A DNA stretch of 64,000 nucleotides, taken from Octopus vulgaris. Lineage: Eukaryota. The notes below the pieces were generated by a model. The model saw only the letters and a list, made by a program, of their open reading frames with translations. It was not told where the DNA came from and did no database searches. Shown piece by piece: positions 1 through 12,245 of this stretch; the first letter of the stretch is position 1, and each line of letters opens with the position of its first letter. A program made the position numbers and the translations under genes. The stretch lies in assembly GCA_951406725.2 (NCBI GenBank), contig OX597814.1:81282001-81346000 (forward strand), read 5' to 3'.

Positions 1-13
1 GAGTATACTGTGT

Positions 14-51
14 TATGCTGATGAGGTCTAATAGATAGAAATATGTCCATA
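14..51 (+). ncRNA. Degenerate minimal type I hammerhead ribozyme motif (Penelope-type)
   Basis: tatg-CTGATGA-ggtctaatagata-GAAA-tatg-TC-cata. Core boxes are in order, stem I tatg/cata pairs, stem II is imperfect. Confidence 0.5.
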
Positions 52-577
52 TTTACCTACTAAAATCAGAATTTCCTTCCCTTAAACATGTAAATTGAAT
101 CTGAGGGAATAATTTCTAACTTCTTGAAATTATCCCTGCTTCTCTTTAAAAGAGATTAATAATTACCATTAGGCTTTTGTTTGCTTTCTCTAAGAAGAAA
201 ATTTCAATCAATTAAGGATCAATGCACTATAACTTTAATTATCCATACATTTATAGCTTTGTGCTAATGATGAAAATTAAAATTTGCAGTCTGTTCAATT
301 CCTCTGTTGGTTATTTTTCAAGGGCTGGTCAAATGAGGAGGGGCAGTAACCATAACTTTACAGGGTATTGTATGTAGACTGGTGAGATTGATATGATGGA
401 TGCTCAGCTGGAATTTCTGTAAGTCAGTGCCTGTCAAAAACCTAGGGTTTGGTGACTAGAGTTGAGGACTCTCACCCAGGGCATTGTGCTGTGCGACTGA
501 ACTTGAAACTACGTTTTGGAAGTGAACATCTTAACAGCCATGCAAGCACCTCAGTGGCCATGTGTAAATGTGTTCTT

Positions 578-621
<44 letters not shown>

Positions 622-642
622 TGTGTATATACAGTTTTGTAT

Positions 643-845
643 TCTTTTACTTGTTTTAGTAGTCATTTGACTGTGTCTATGCTGGGTCACCAACTTGAAG
701 GATTTTAGTTGAACAAATTAACCCCAAGGCTTTCTTTTAAGCCTGGTACTTATTCTATCAATCTCTTTTGCTGAACCACTAAATTACAGGAATGTAAACA
801 CACCAACACCATTTCTCAAGCAGTGGTGGGGGACAGACACACACA
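643..845 (-). mobile_element. SINE family A, 3' half
   Basis: Reverse complement of the 3' part of the copy at 2556-2918. Confidence 0.75.
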
Positions 846-1215
846 GATGCATATAAACAGAAAGTCTCTAACTTTTTAAACTTCTTAATAATTCATCTGC
901 ATCCTTTCAAGAAATATGTTAACCTCTGTTGTATTAGCTCATAAAGCCCTGATGAGATTCTGCTCCACATAGTTGGAAATAAGGACCAATTCTTTACATT
1001 TGACCCAAATTTGGGATTTGAGACTACCCAAATGCTTAGAATTATGAATCACCTAGGGGCATGAATCAAAATATATATGTAGGTCATTGGCATCTGCCAT
1101 TATTTTTATTGAACTTTATAATTTATTTGTATTGATTTTGTAAAAAACTTTCAGTCTCATAATATCATAGAAATAAATTAATTATAGATCCATAATTTTT
1201 CATTTTCTTTCTTTC

Positions 1216-1217
<2 letters not shown>

Positions 1218-1298
<81 letters not shown>
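1218..1298. repeat. (TA)n microsatellite
   Basis: Direct reading; one of many TA tracts. Confidence 0.95.
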
Positions 1299-1299
<1 letters not shown>

Positions 1300-1309
1300 A
1301 ACATGTATC

Positions 1310-1403
1310 GATTGAAACAGTTTGATTCGAATCCATTGGTACTCTTGGGTTTCAAGTGCCTTGAAACTCAAGATCACCAAGTTTGAATCAAACTGTTTCG
1401 ATC
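1310..1403. repeat. Imperfect palindrome of about 94 bp
   Basis: gattgaaacagtttgattcgaa...tcttgggtttcaag tgc cttgaaactcaaga...tttgaatcaaactgtttcgatc. Confidence 0.85.
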
Positions 1404-1496
1404 CCCACCTGTAACTCCCAATAAATTGGTTGAGTGCCCGTCTTTCATTTGTCCACTCACTGGTACGTATGTATGTTTATATACATATATATATAT

Positions 1497-1660
1497 ATGA
1501 TGGGCTTCTATCAGTTTCCATCTACCGAATCTACTCACAAGGCTTCGATTGACCTGAGGCTATAGTAGAAATCACTTGGCCATGGTGTGACACTGTGGGA
1601 CTGAACCCACAACCATGTGGTTGGAAAGCAAGCTTCTTACTACACAGTCATGCCAGCACC
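1497..1660 (-). mobile_element. SINE family A, 5' half
   Basis: Reverse complement of the tRNA-like head (tgtagtaagaagcttgctt...gggttcagtccc). Confidence 0.75.
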
Positions 1661-2555
1661 TATATATATATATATATTTAAAACATGCACACATATACAA
1701 GCACACACTTTTTATTTTTGAGATACAAGACCTCAGATTCTCAAATTTTATGCACAATTGATTACATGAGTGAAATTTGAGTAGACTAAGCAACATAACT
1801 AGATACCACATGGCATTTCGCCTGACATTGTGCTGATTCGACACATCTGCCCTCCTCATACTTACTTATACAATATGGAGTAAACGAGATAACCATATGT
1901 CCATTTAATTCATTTAGTATTGATTTTTAACAAAAACTTTTTCCTTCATACAAAATAAAGTTTATAAAATAAGGCCAATAATTTTAAGCCTTTTACATTT
2001 GCTGAAATATCTCAACAGACAATATATATAACTATGTACATATACGTGTGTGTGAGAGAGAGAGAAAGAGAGAAAGACTTTGGACATATATTCATGAAGT
2101 TTAACACATCCCCGTGAAGTCTGTATACATCACAAGAAAATTCAATAAATAGTTGACTTAGAAAATTTAGTGTAATGACTATATGTCTCAGATGATAAAT
2201 ATGCTGCAGAAATAAACATGAAGTAAGTCACACAATACAAATATGCGATTATTTATATATAATTAGGCTGTAGACTGTACAGTTTCGTGATATCCCTATG
2301 GGATGGCTGTCATCACAAGCTTTTGATGGAGAAATTATTGTAGTGAGCCAGTGAGAGTCACAACACTGTTATAAAGAAGAAACAATGGTATCCAGGAACT
2401 ATCTTTCAGAATGTGATTACTAATCAAACTAATAGAGTTGAACAAGAAATTGTTTTTGAGTATCATATATTTTTCAAGGTTTTGATACCTGGAGAGAAAT
2501 CGACTGTGTTATAAATAAATAGATGCATGGCATATACATATAGGACTTTATGCAT

Positions 2556-2918
2556 AGGTGCAGCTGTGGTAAGTAGCTTGCTTCCCAACCACATGGTTCC
2601 AAGTTCAGTCCCACTATGTGGCACCTGGGACAAGTGTCTTCTACTATAGCTTTGGGACAACCAAAAGCCTTGTGAGTGGATTTGGTATATAGAAACTGAA
2701 AGAAGCCCATCGTATATATGTGTGTCTGTGTTTGTTCCCCCACTATCTCTTGACAACTGATGTCGGTGTGTTTATGTCTCCATAACCTAGCAGTTCAGCA
2801 AAAGAGATCGATAGAATAAGTACTAGGCTTACAAAGAATAAGTCCTAGGGTTGATTTCTTCGAATAAAGGCAGCGCTTCAGCATGGCCACAGTCAAGTGA
2901 GTGAAACAAAAGAATAAA
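2556..2918 (+). mobile_element. tRNA-derived SINE family A, near full length
   Basis: A-box-like gctgtggtaag and B-box-like gttcagtccc, internal TA/TG microsatellite, 3' end cagcatggccacagtc...gaaacaaaaga. About two dozen related copies or fragments lie in the window. Confidence 0.85.
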
Positions 2919-3306
2919 AATACATTCATGGTGTGTAATGTATCCTCATAAAGTTTGCCAAAATTTGAACACAGTTTATCGAACTGTGACTCACTAAGCC
3001 ACAAACTGATTGGTTAAAACAGTGTTCATAAGCTTCAACTTGTTAGGCCCTATTGGAAGGTATTTAAAGGAAAAAATGTTATCATTTCACTACAGTTGTC
3101 AGCTGCAAAGTGCATTAGCTGTTTGTTAATGGTACTACATAAATATTTACTAGAAGATTATTATGACACATGAAAGTACTTGTAATATTGTAAAATGATT
3201 AAAATACTAAAAGTAAAATATGAAAATTATTGCATGTTAGAATTTGTTTGACTAACACACACACACATACATACATACTTATATATATATATATATATAT
3301 GACTGA

Positions 3307-3343
3307 ATGATTAAGAAATTTGCTTTGCAAATTTCTTAATCAT
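3307..3343. repeat. Perfect hairpin, 17-bp arms
   Basis: atgattaagaaatttgc ttt gcaaatttcttaatcat. Confidence 0.9.
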
Positions 3344-3585
3344 CCTTCCTAGGTTGATAAAAGATCCTATCAGTCATATAATGAGATTGTTAAAACCTTT
3401 GCTCTGTGTGTCAAAATCACAGCAAGATCAACTTTATATTTCAGGGTTGATAAAAAAAAAAAGTACTTATCCAGAGCAGTGGATAGACAGAACTGAAAAA
3501 CATTGAATGAGATGCCTTGAGGTATCCTGTACAAGATCACTATATTCTGCCAACAATGCCCACAACATTCTGGTGTCAGGCTATA

Positions 3586-3808
3586 TGAGGGGGTGCTGAA
3601 AATTTCCTGATTTTGGGTAAAAGAAAATACAGGAAGATCAATTGATTATGATTTTATTCAACATATTCCCCTTCTCAGCACACACTTATTGCAGTGGTCC
3701 GTCAGTTTTTCTAAGCCCTATAAAAGAACTCGAAAGGTTGAGCTTCCAACCAAGCCTTTTGTGAACTCCTTAAAGCCAAGAACTTTTCAGCACCCCACCC
3801 CCACCCCA
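3586..3808. mobile_element. Mariner-type MITE
   Basis: Inverted ends gggtgctgaaaatttcctgattt / aaagccaagaacttttcagcaccc, TA on both flanks, no ORF. Confidence 0.65.
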
Positions 3809-3817
3809 TATAGGCCT

Positions 3818-3907
3818 CCTTTAAGAAAAGCCTTTCCTTTAGACAAAATGTGTCACATGCAGAGACACGTGACACATTTTGTCAAAAGGAGAGGCTTTTC
3901 TTAAAGG
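3818..3907. repeat. Palindrome, 39-bp arms with 2 mismatches
   Basis: cctttaagaaaagcctttcctttagacaaaatgtgtcac...gtgacacattttgtcaaaaggagaggcttttcttaaagg. Confidence 0.9.
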
Positions 3908-5290
3908 TTTTTCTTCTTTTACTTGTGACCTGTTAAAAGGCAACCATGCCAGTGACACATAAAAGGTACCCATTCTGGTGACACACAAAAACACCCAGCC
4001 ATAATAACCAAGTCAAAACAGATGGCTGGAGCCTGATGCAGCTGTCCAGTATACCAATCCCAGTTAATCTAACTCATGCCAGCATATAAAACAGACTTTA
4101 AGTGATGAGGATGTCATATATATGTATATGTATGATTAACCCTGACTGATAGCAGATCTACAACGTAAATTTTATCCTTTCATCAGGAGAGGTGGAGGGT
4201 CAGTGTGGAGTAACAGCATCAGTACATTGTCAGATGAAGCAACTTGCAGTATTTAGTTGCATATGTTCCAAGTTCAAATCCCACTGAATTTGACTTTACC
4301 TTTCATTTTTATCACTAAGTGGATAGAAATTAATGAAATAAATACCAGTAAAATATTGGGGGATCAATATAATCAACAACCCTCCTTCTCTTAAAGATTT
4401 GTGACCTTGTGCCTTTCTAAGAAATCAATATTGTTGTTGTAGCCGTAGTGTTTTTTTTTTGTTTTTTTACTTTTTAAAAAATTTTTTTTCTTGTTATTGA
4501 TGCTTGAGTTCCCTCACTGCTAGATCAGTCTGGTTCTATTTCAAGCTCAAGCAGCTTAATATGCAAAAGTATCCATCCATGCAAACTGTAAAAATCTTTA
4601 GAGACAGGTGTACATGTGTGTGTGTGTGAGTGAGAGAGAGAGAGAGACAGAAAGAGAGAGCATGTGTTACACATGTATGTGTGTGTGTGTATATGTGTGT
4701 TCACGTTTGTGAATGTACATGCATATGTCTGTGAGCATGAGTTTGTATGTCTGTGTGTGAGCATGTGTTTTATGCATGTATATGTATGTGTAAGAATGAA
4801 TGTGTATGTGTATGTGCACTTTTTATTTGCATGTATGTTACTGTATGTATTTTTATGTTCTTTTTCGGCTGTGTGTATGTTGTTTCTGTACAAAAGTGTG
4901 TAGGGTTGTTGCGAAAAAATGGAAATGGAAAACATTTGGTTGATTGGTTGCATGTGTGTTAGTATTTATACATTTGTGTGTGTGTGTGTGTGTGTATGTA
5001 TGAGACAGACAGACAAAGAGAGAGACAGACTGCACATGTGTTTTTTATGCATAGTTTTCTATATTTGTGCATTTGTTTATGCATATTTATATCTTAGCAT
5101 AGGCATCTATACATAGGGATTTGTATGTGCATGCATTTTTCCTTAATACGTGTCTGTAAAGGTGTGTGTGTGTGTGTGCATGTTTGTGTGTTTGTGTTTC
5201 TATACATGTGTATTTGTACATGTGTGTTTCTGCATCTATTTGCATGTATATGTTGTTTAAGAAATGAGAATAAAGATGGTTGGTTGGTCA

Positions 5291-5352
<62 letters not shown>

Positions 5353-6219
5353 TGTGAGTATGAGTGGGTCTGCATATATTTTGTGTGTATTGATGAAATG
5401 AAATGCGAATAAATAGCCTTCTTTGATTGTGTGTGTGTGTGTGTGTGTGTGTGCGTGCATGTGTGTGTGTGTGCACATGTGTCAGTGGTGGTAGTCATGC
5501 TTCTGATTGCGATGATTGAAGCAGCAGTGATTACCATGATGGGAACGGTGGTGATGGTGATTGTAATCATAATTTTGGTGCTGATTGTGATTGTGATGAT
5601 TATGGTATTTATGATGCTGGTTTTTGCAGTGGTTATATATGAGATGGTCATATAATAAACAAAACAAACTGTAGTTTGTCTAAAAGAAGCAAATTTCTCA
5701 AGAATGTTAACTTTCCCCCTTATAAATATAGCTGTCATAATCATTCACGCAAATATTCTCAAAATGATATTTTTCTAGAAAAACTAACAATAAATTTATA
5801 ACAGTTGTTGGTATCTATCATTATATTTGTACAGGAGGGTGATAAAAAAGAATTGCTATGAAACACTCATGAACAATTGTCACTTTTAAAGTGAATTATA
5901 TGAAGGTGATTAAATAATGCAAATTCCATTTCGAGAGTGTCTTTTCATACAGTGCTTCTAGTAAAGGTCATCATAGCATGGTCCCTTTTCTTGTCTAAAC
6001 TATACTCATAGTTATGGAAGGATTGCAACTATGTGGTTTGGAGTTCAGTCCCACTCTGTGAATTTGGTTGATGGGAAATCTGTTATGTATGTGTGTGTTG
6101 TGTTTTGTCCCTCTACTGCTTGACAACTAGTGTTAATTTTCTTATGCCTATGTAATGAAATAGTTTGGCAAAAGAGAGCAATAGAACAGAGTACCATACT
6201 TAATATAAGTAATGGAATT

Positions 6220-6410
6220 GTGCCAGGCAAAATGCTTAGCAGTATTTCATCCATCTTTACATTCTGGGTTCAAATGCCACCAGGGTTGACTATGCCTTCC
6301 ATCCCTTCAAGGTCGATAAAATAAGTACCAGTTGAGCACTGGGGTCAATGTAATCAACTTACTCCCTCCTCCAAAATTGCTGGCCTTATGCCAAAATTTG
6401 AAACCAATAT
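6220..6410 (+). mobile_element. SINE family B
   Basis: ggttcaaatgcc B-box-like motif followed by gttgactatgccttccatcccttcaaggtcgataaaataagtaccag, shared with other copies. Confidence 0.75.
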
Positions 6411-6509
6411 AAATACTGGAGTTGATTTATCCAGATAACCTTACACAGCAGTGCTCCAGCAAGGCCACAGACCAATGACTAAAGCAAATAAAATAGTGTG
6501 TGTGTTGTT

Positions 6510-6620
6510 GAAATTTATAGAAAAACGAAAGACGAAGACAGGTGTATGAACAACAAGCAAGTGTATTAGTTTGACACTTGGTAAAATGAAAAAGTCTTTT
6601 ACGTTTCAAGCCTACATTCT
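6510..6620 (-). mobile_element. Penelope pLTR-like fragment with the 3' half of a hammerhead motif
   Basis: Minus strand reads gtaggcttGAAAcgTAaaagactttttca..., homologous to 18665-18752. Confidence 0.5.
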
Positions 6621-6623
6621 ATG

Positions 6624-6655
<32 letters not shown>

Positions 6656-6754
6656 TATGTACTCACACAAACACACATAGGTACATATATGAGTTATCTG
6701 TATATGAGTGTATCTTCATTTCATTCAGAATTTACAAAGCAAGCACCGACAAAG

Positions 6755-6788
<34 letters not shown>

Positions 6789-6944
6789 ATATGAGTTATC
6801 TTACACCAAAAGCTTGCTTAGCATTTAATTTCATAGATAGCAGCAATGATTTGAATTTAACTCTTGTAATCCTTGAAAAGTGTAAATGCCTCATCTGTCA
6901 ATGATCTCTTTCTCTTCTGGAATTTTACCATCTCATGTATGAGG

Positions 6945-7390
6945 CAATAAAGGAACCTCTACATAGTATGTCAATCTGATAGAATTAACTACCAAATCTC
7001 TCCCAAATCATACCCAGGTCTTTTGTATCTGTACTTGTGCCAACAAAGAAGCATCTACATGATATCTTGATCAGATAGAAGCGTAGACAAATCTCTCTCA
7101 AACTACACTATTAATTTACTTTTTAAACATTTATGAGCTAATGGGGGAACCACTACATAATGGCTAGACCTGATAGAAAGGCAACCAAATCAAATCCTCA
7201 AAACATCCTCCTGACTTATGGGCATGCATATGTATGTGCTAGAAATAGCAGCCTAATTGCCTTCAAATTAAAACCTACCATCTTATGTATGTATGCATGT
7301 TATAAGCCAATGTGGAAGCCTCTACATGGTGTCTCAGCATGTTAAAATAGAAGTCAAATTCCCCCACAATTCACATCCTACTGTCTTATG
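6945..7390 (+). repeat. Five degenerate tandem copies (about 80-100 bp) of dispersed repeat family D
   Basis: Unit resembling ggaacctctacatgg...ctgatagaaatagcagccaaatctccctcaaatcacaccct recurs near 6950, 7048, 7145, 7235 and 7313. Confidence 0.7.
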
Positions 7391-8039
7391 CTATTTTGAT
7401 ACAATAGACAAACATTTCTGAGTACTTCTGCTGGTCAAGTATACAGGATTTCTCTTAGTATCAGGAAGATCTGTAGCACTGTATGGTACCTGTATACAGC
7501 AAGGTTGACTGGTCTGTCAATAATTAAGTATCTTGACCAAGCACACTGTACAAAACTTATGATAGGATACAAGACAGCCTATTTTCCCACAAGGCTTTAT
7601 CCAAGAAATACTGTCCATAGTTGTTCTCACTGATACTAAAGACAATGTGCCATTATTGAATTGTTCCACTTGTTGTTTTTGTCCCATCTGCCAACACTAC
7701 AATGATATTTGCTTCTTTGAGTTCAGCAAATCAATGCCACCACTACTTTTGTGGTAATGTGGTCACCTACCAAGCAAGCAGTGGATACATGGTTCAAGTT
7801 ACACTTGTGGGCTTATTGCTTTTTTTTTCAGATTTTTCTAATATTTTTATATTTACCTTTCCTGTATTTTGGGCTTGTGTGTGTGTGTCTGCGTGTTTAT
7901 ATATATGTGCATGTCTGTATATGTACTTATACATGTGTAAGTGTATGTATATATGTGTCACCTCTACAAATCATAAGGTTACCAATTACCTATTTATGCT
8001 TTCTCCTTCACTATAATACTTCATTTTGAGTCATATAGA

Positions 8040-8420
8040 ACATTAAATATTTTCACTCCCAAACATAGCTGAACAATGAAGTCACATAATTTCTGGCATT
8101 ATTTCAAATATTTGCATGTGTATACAGTAACTACTTCTAAAATTATTAGTGGTTAATCCCTAAGTCTTGGTAGAACAAGTGTTTAATGGAACACTTATAC
8201 ACTATTTTCCTAATCAAACAATTATTTCCCAAGGGGCAAGTATTCAAATTAATGCATTTGCAACTATTATCTATATTTCTTGCTGAATAATAATCATTAC
8301 TATTGTTCATTTCCATTTTTAAAATGTTAGAAAATGTTATAGATCTAACAAATTTGTCATGATTGTGGTTCATTGTGTTTATAATTTGGTATTTCTATTC
8401 AACTAATGGCAGTGTGAATA
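8040..8420 (-). mobile_element. Penelope-like retroelement remnant (linker and GIY-YIG endonuclease)
   Basis: Minus strand encodes CKCINLNTCPLGNNCLIRKIVYKC, then after a frameshift GLTTNNFRSSYCIH and TSLFSYVWE. This fits the Penelope pattern CxC...CPL...CL...VY...YIG.T...F..RY..H...T.LS.Y.W. Confidence 0.75.
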
Positions 8421-8459
8421 TCAGATTTAAAATATGATAGATAACATACAGAGATGTGC

Positions 8460-8503
<44 letters not shown>

Positions 8504-8594
8504 TTTTCATATATTTGTAAATGTATAGATGTATATTTAATATTATTATCTGTTATTATCATTTTCTAATTTTGATTGTTTGTTTCTTTTACAG

Positions 8595-8645
8595 TTAGTT
8601 TGTTTGCTGTGATTCAGATCACAGTCTGTAGCAGTGACGTCACAG
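8595..8645 (+). CDS. Putative exon: end of signal peptide of the LDLa membrane protein
   Basis: Acceptor tttcttttacag, donor CAG|gtaag, 51 nt, phase 1/1. Reads xSLFAVIQITVCSSDVT(G) and joins 43830 in frame. Confidence 0.6.
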
Positions 8646-9424
8646 GTAAGCAGTTTTGAATCACATTTTGACTTGCTAGAAATACCAACCAAATTTCCCC
8701 TCTTAAATCAAACCCTTAGGTCTTGAAAAAAGAATGCCTCATTGGATAATGTCAAGATACACTATAACATTAAGAAAAAGTTATAACAACTTTTGATCTC
8801 ATGATTGCTTAGTCAGGGATAACCAAGGACTAAAGAACAATATTTGCTTCTCTATCCTAGTAATTTAATCCACTTTATACAGGGTTCCTTTATTTTATTG
8901 ATACAATCAAGACGTTGCTCCAGTCAACCCCTACGCCCTGCCCTGTCTGACATTGAAGGACTATCCCTATTTTTCAGATCCCAAAAGCCCTCTCTCCTAC
9001 TACAGGCAGGCTGTTAGTGGGATTTAATCTCAGAAAACAAAGGGTTATAGCAGATACTGCTAGACATTTCTTTCAGTGCACTAATAGCTTTACCAAACTG
9101 TCTTCCTGGATGGGTTGTTTAACTATAGATCCCAAAATGAAGAAACACAAAGTGTTACTTTGGCAGGATTTGAACTCAGAATGCAGAGAATTGGAATAAA
9201 TACTGCAAAGCATTCTATCCAATACTTTAACAATTAAGCTACTTCAACACTTTCAAAAACAATGATTATCAAAATGTTTCACATTTAAGAAACAATGTGT
9301 TACACATAAGTGATCAAGGTGGAATTGGTTATAATAATAGAGGTGATTGTTAATGGGGTAAGGATGGTTAGTTATTGTGGTGCTTGTTGTGGTGACAATG
9401 ATGTCTAAAAATAATAATTTGTCA

Positions 9425-9830
9425 TAGAGGCAATTGTGGTAAGAAGCTTGCTTCCCAACCATGTGACTTCAGGTTCAATCCCACTGCATGGAACCTTGGG
9501 CAAGCGTCTTCTACTATAGCCTTGGGTCAACTAGAGCCTTGTGCATAAATTTGGTCGAAAGAAACTGAAAGGAGCCTATCATGTATGTGTATACATATAT
9601 ATATATATATATGTGTGTCTCTTTGTGTCTTTGTTCCCCATCACCACTTGACAACGAGTGTTGGAGTGTTCACATCACTGCAACTTAGCAGTTCAGCAAA
9701 AACAGAGTAAGTACTTGGTTTATCAAAAATAAATACTGAGGTCGATTCATTTAACTAAAAAAAAAATCTTTCAAGGCAATGCCCCAGCATGGCTACAGTT
9801 TAATGACTGAAACAACTAAAAGATAAAAGA
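9425..9830 (+). mobile_element. SINE family A, full length
   Basis: Colinear with 2556-2918. Confidence 0.85.
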
Positions 9831-10311
9831 CAGTAATGGTTATGAAATTATTTCTATCAAAGGCTGTTGGTCACACATTTATGAAGAGAGGACAGACTAT
9901 TAAATCAACCCTAGCATTTGGCTTTATTGTACCAAACCCCAGAATAATGAAAGGTAATATTCAGTGCTGGTCACATTCAAACTCAGAGAATAGAGAAAGC
10001 AGTTTGTCAAAAGCTCTACTTTACTACTTACACTTGAGAGAAGCATTAATGTCCTACAAATTCACTATTCACTACAACAATTTTGTGACATGCCATAGAT
10101 ACTTGTCGGCTGTTATGTACTGGGCAAAAAGACTCTGCACATTAGTGATGGCAGTGGAATTGGTTATAATGCTAGCCATGATTGTGAATGTTGAGGTAGG
10201 GTTATTAGTAGTGGTGGCTGGTAATAATGATGGTGGTGGTGGCAGTGATGCCGATGGTAGTGATGCCAATGGTATTAGTTTCACATTGTTGCACAAGGAT
10301 AGCAGTTTTGG

Positions 10312-10490
10312 TGGGAGTGGCTCTGTCGATTAAATCGACCTAGTGCTCAACTGGTATTTATCGATCCTGAAAAGATGAAAAGCAAATTCGACCTCAGCAG
10401 AATTTGAACTCAGAATGTGAAAAAGTGGATGAAATGTCACTAAGCATTTTGCCCAGCATGCTAACAATTCTGTCAGATTGCCACCTTAGG
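10312..10490 (-). mobile_element. SINE family B
   Basis: Reverse complement of the copy at 15995-16230. Confidence 0.75.
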
Positions 10491-12082
10491 GGTGCCATAT
10501 ATATTAGCAATAATGACAGTAGTACTGAATATGAAGGTACAATGCTGATGTAAATTTTGATAATGATGATGACAGTGAAGGTGGTGATGAGGAGGAAGAG
10601 GCTTTAAGCTGTTCTAATAATAATAGCAAATCAATGTTTGCTGTTTCTGTTCTGTATATTTAAATAGTGTAGATAGCTGTCAACTACATTCATAAATCTT
10701 GTCTTTCTTTCTAAGCAACCAATATTTCAGTTCAAAAAGTAATTACAAATTTAAAACAATCATTGTAGTTATATACATCGATGTATGTTTTTGTATGTAG
10801 AGAGAAAAAACAAAAGTGTAGCATGAAAAATCTTGTGATTAAATAAATAAAGATGTTAGACTTAGCTTAAAAAACTTTTGATTAATTTCAATATTAGTTT
10901 TAAAGCCAAACTGATATATAGCTGCTGATTGTTAAATCATATGTTTACAATATCTGATTACCTCTGTTACTTCAACTTGGTTCTTGTTATGTTTCTTGCC
11001 TAAAGGTTCCATTCACCTCAAGTTTTATGTGTAAACATTCCGTTATCTTTTATCTTTTGGGTCTCACTTTAAAGAAAAAAAGAATAATCAATAAATATTT
11101 GTTTCATCTCTTATAAGACTATGGCAAAATTATATTACTCTTTCACTGTGTTCAAGTCCATTAGACTGCAGTCTAGGTAAGACATTAAACTGCACCCAGT
11201 GCTGAGGTTTCAGTTTGGGAGTCCTAGAGTTGTGAGGAGCATAGACAGACCTTGTAATTACCATTACTCTCAGGTCCGTTCTGACCTGGAATGGAAGTAC
11301 CTGTCAAGATACCATACCATCTATGAGTTAAATAGATTTTTGTAAGGGTAGATTGGGCCCCTTAGATGCAGTAAAGAAGTCAGTCTAGGAGAAAAAAATC
11401 CAAAATTAATACCCTCTTCCAACATGCCTTAAGCCATTATGAAAGAATATGGCTGATGAAACTTAACATGTATGACCCATAGCATTGATTCTTACTATGG
11501 AGGTAATTATCTCCTGTTAGTGCGCATTCAAGCTTAGGCAGAGGTAGTGGGATATGAAGAGACTGCAGCCACACTAATGACTTGTAGGGACACTGTATTT
11601 CATTATGCAACTATATTATACTACAAAGTATATTAAACACTTTTATAAGTTAATACTGTGTTCTCCTGTGTTTGCAATGCTATTAAATCACTTATTAAGG
11701 TTTTCAGTGCTGGCTATAATTTCTATAGAAGATCTATAGAGGTAACTTTAACAAGTGATGCAGCCTTACTGGGTCATGATAAGGTCTCCAATCAATTATC
11801 ATTCATACTCTCATTGATTTAGTTTTCTTCCATGCCTCAGAATCATTTTATAAGGCTTCAAGAACAGTTGGATGTTTGTTACACTCAACTTCTCCATGGA
11901 GTAAAAAAATCTTTCATGAAAAGCAAATTCAACAGTAAAACAAATTTATGAGACCTTACCATATATCTCAAAACAGTGAAACAGTAAAGAATACTAGGCG
12001 TTGGTTAATCTGAGGCTATTGTATATGACACTTGTCCATGGTGCCATGCTGTGAAATCAAACCCAGAACCACATGGTTATGA

Positions 12083-12245
12083 CATCATCATCATCATCAT
12101 CCTTTAACATACATTTTCCATGCTGGCATGGTTTGGATGGTTTGACCAGAGCTGGCAAGCAAGGGAGCTGCACCAGGTTGCAGTCTAATTTGGCTTAGTT
12201 TCTATGGCCAGATGCCCTTCTTAATGTCAGTCACTTTACAGTGAG
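12083..12245 (-). mobile_element. RTE LINE 3' end fragment with (TGA)n tail
   Basis: (cat)n then tttaac...tttccatgctggcatggtttggatggtttgac, the same 3' end as 37740-37830. Confidence 0.75.

Noticed and set aside
394-425. ATGATG...CT|gtaagt as a possible first exon
   Set aside because: The donor is phase 2 relative to the ATG, incompatible with the phase-1 exon at 8595, and the peptide is not signal-like.
2556-2630. tRNA-like sequences here and at other SINE heads
   Set aside because: They continue into SINE bodies and no complete cloverleaf was seen.
4525-5744. Overlapping ORFs up to 216 aa rich in HT, CV and IT repeats
   Set aside because: Translations of (TG)n and (GAT/GGT)n low-complexity DNA; no splice or domain support.
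9836-10333. 165-aa ORF
   Set aside because: Runs through degenerate trinucleotide repeats into a SINE; no recognisable domain.
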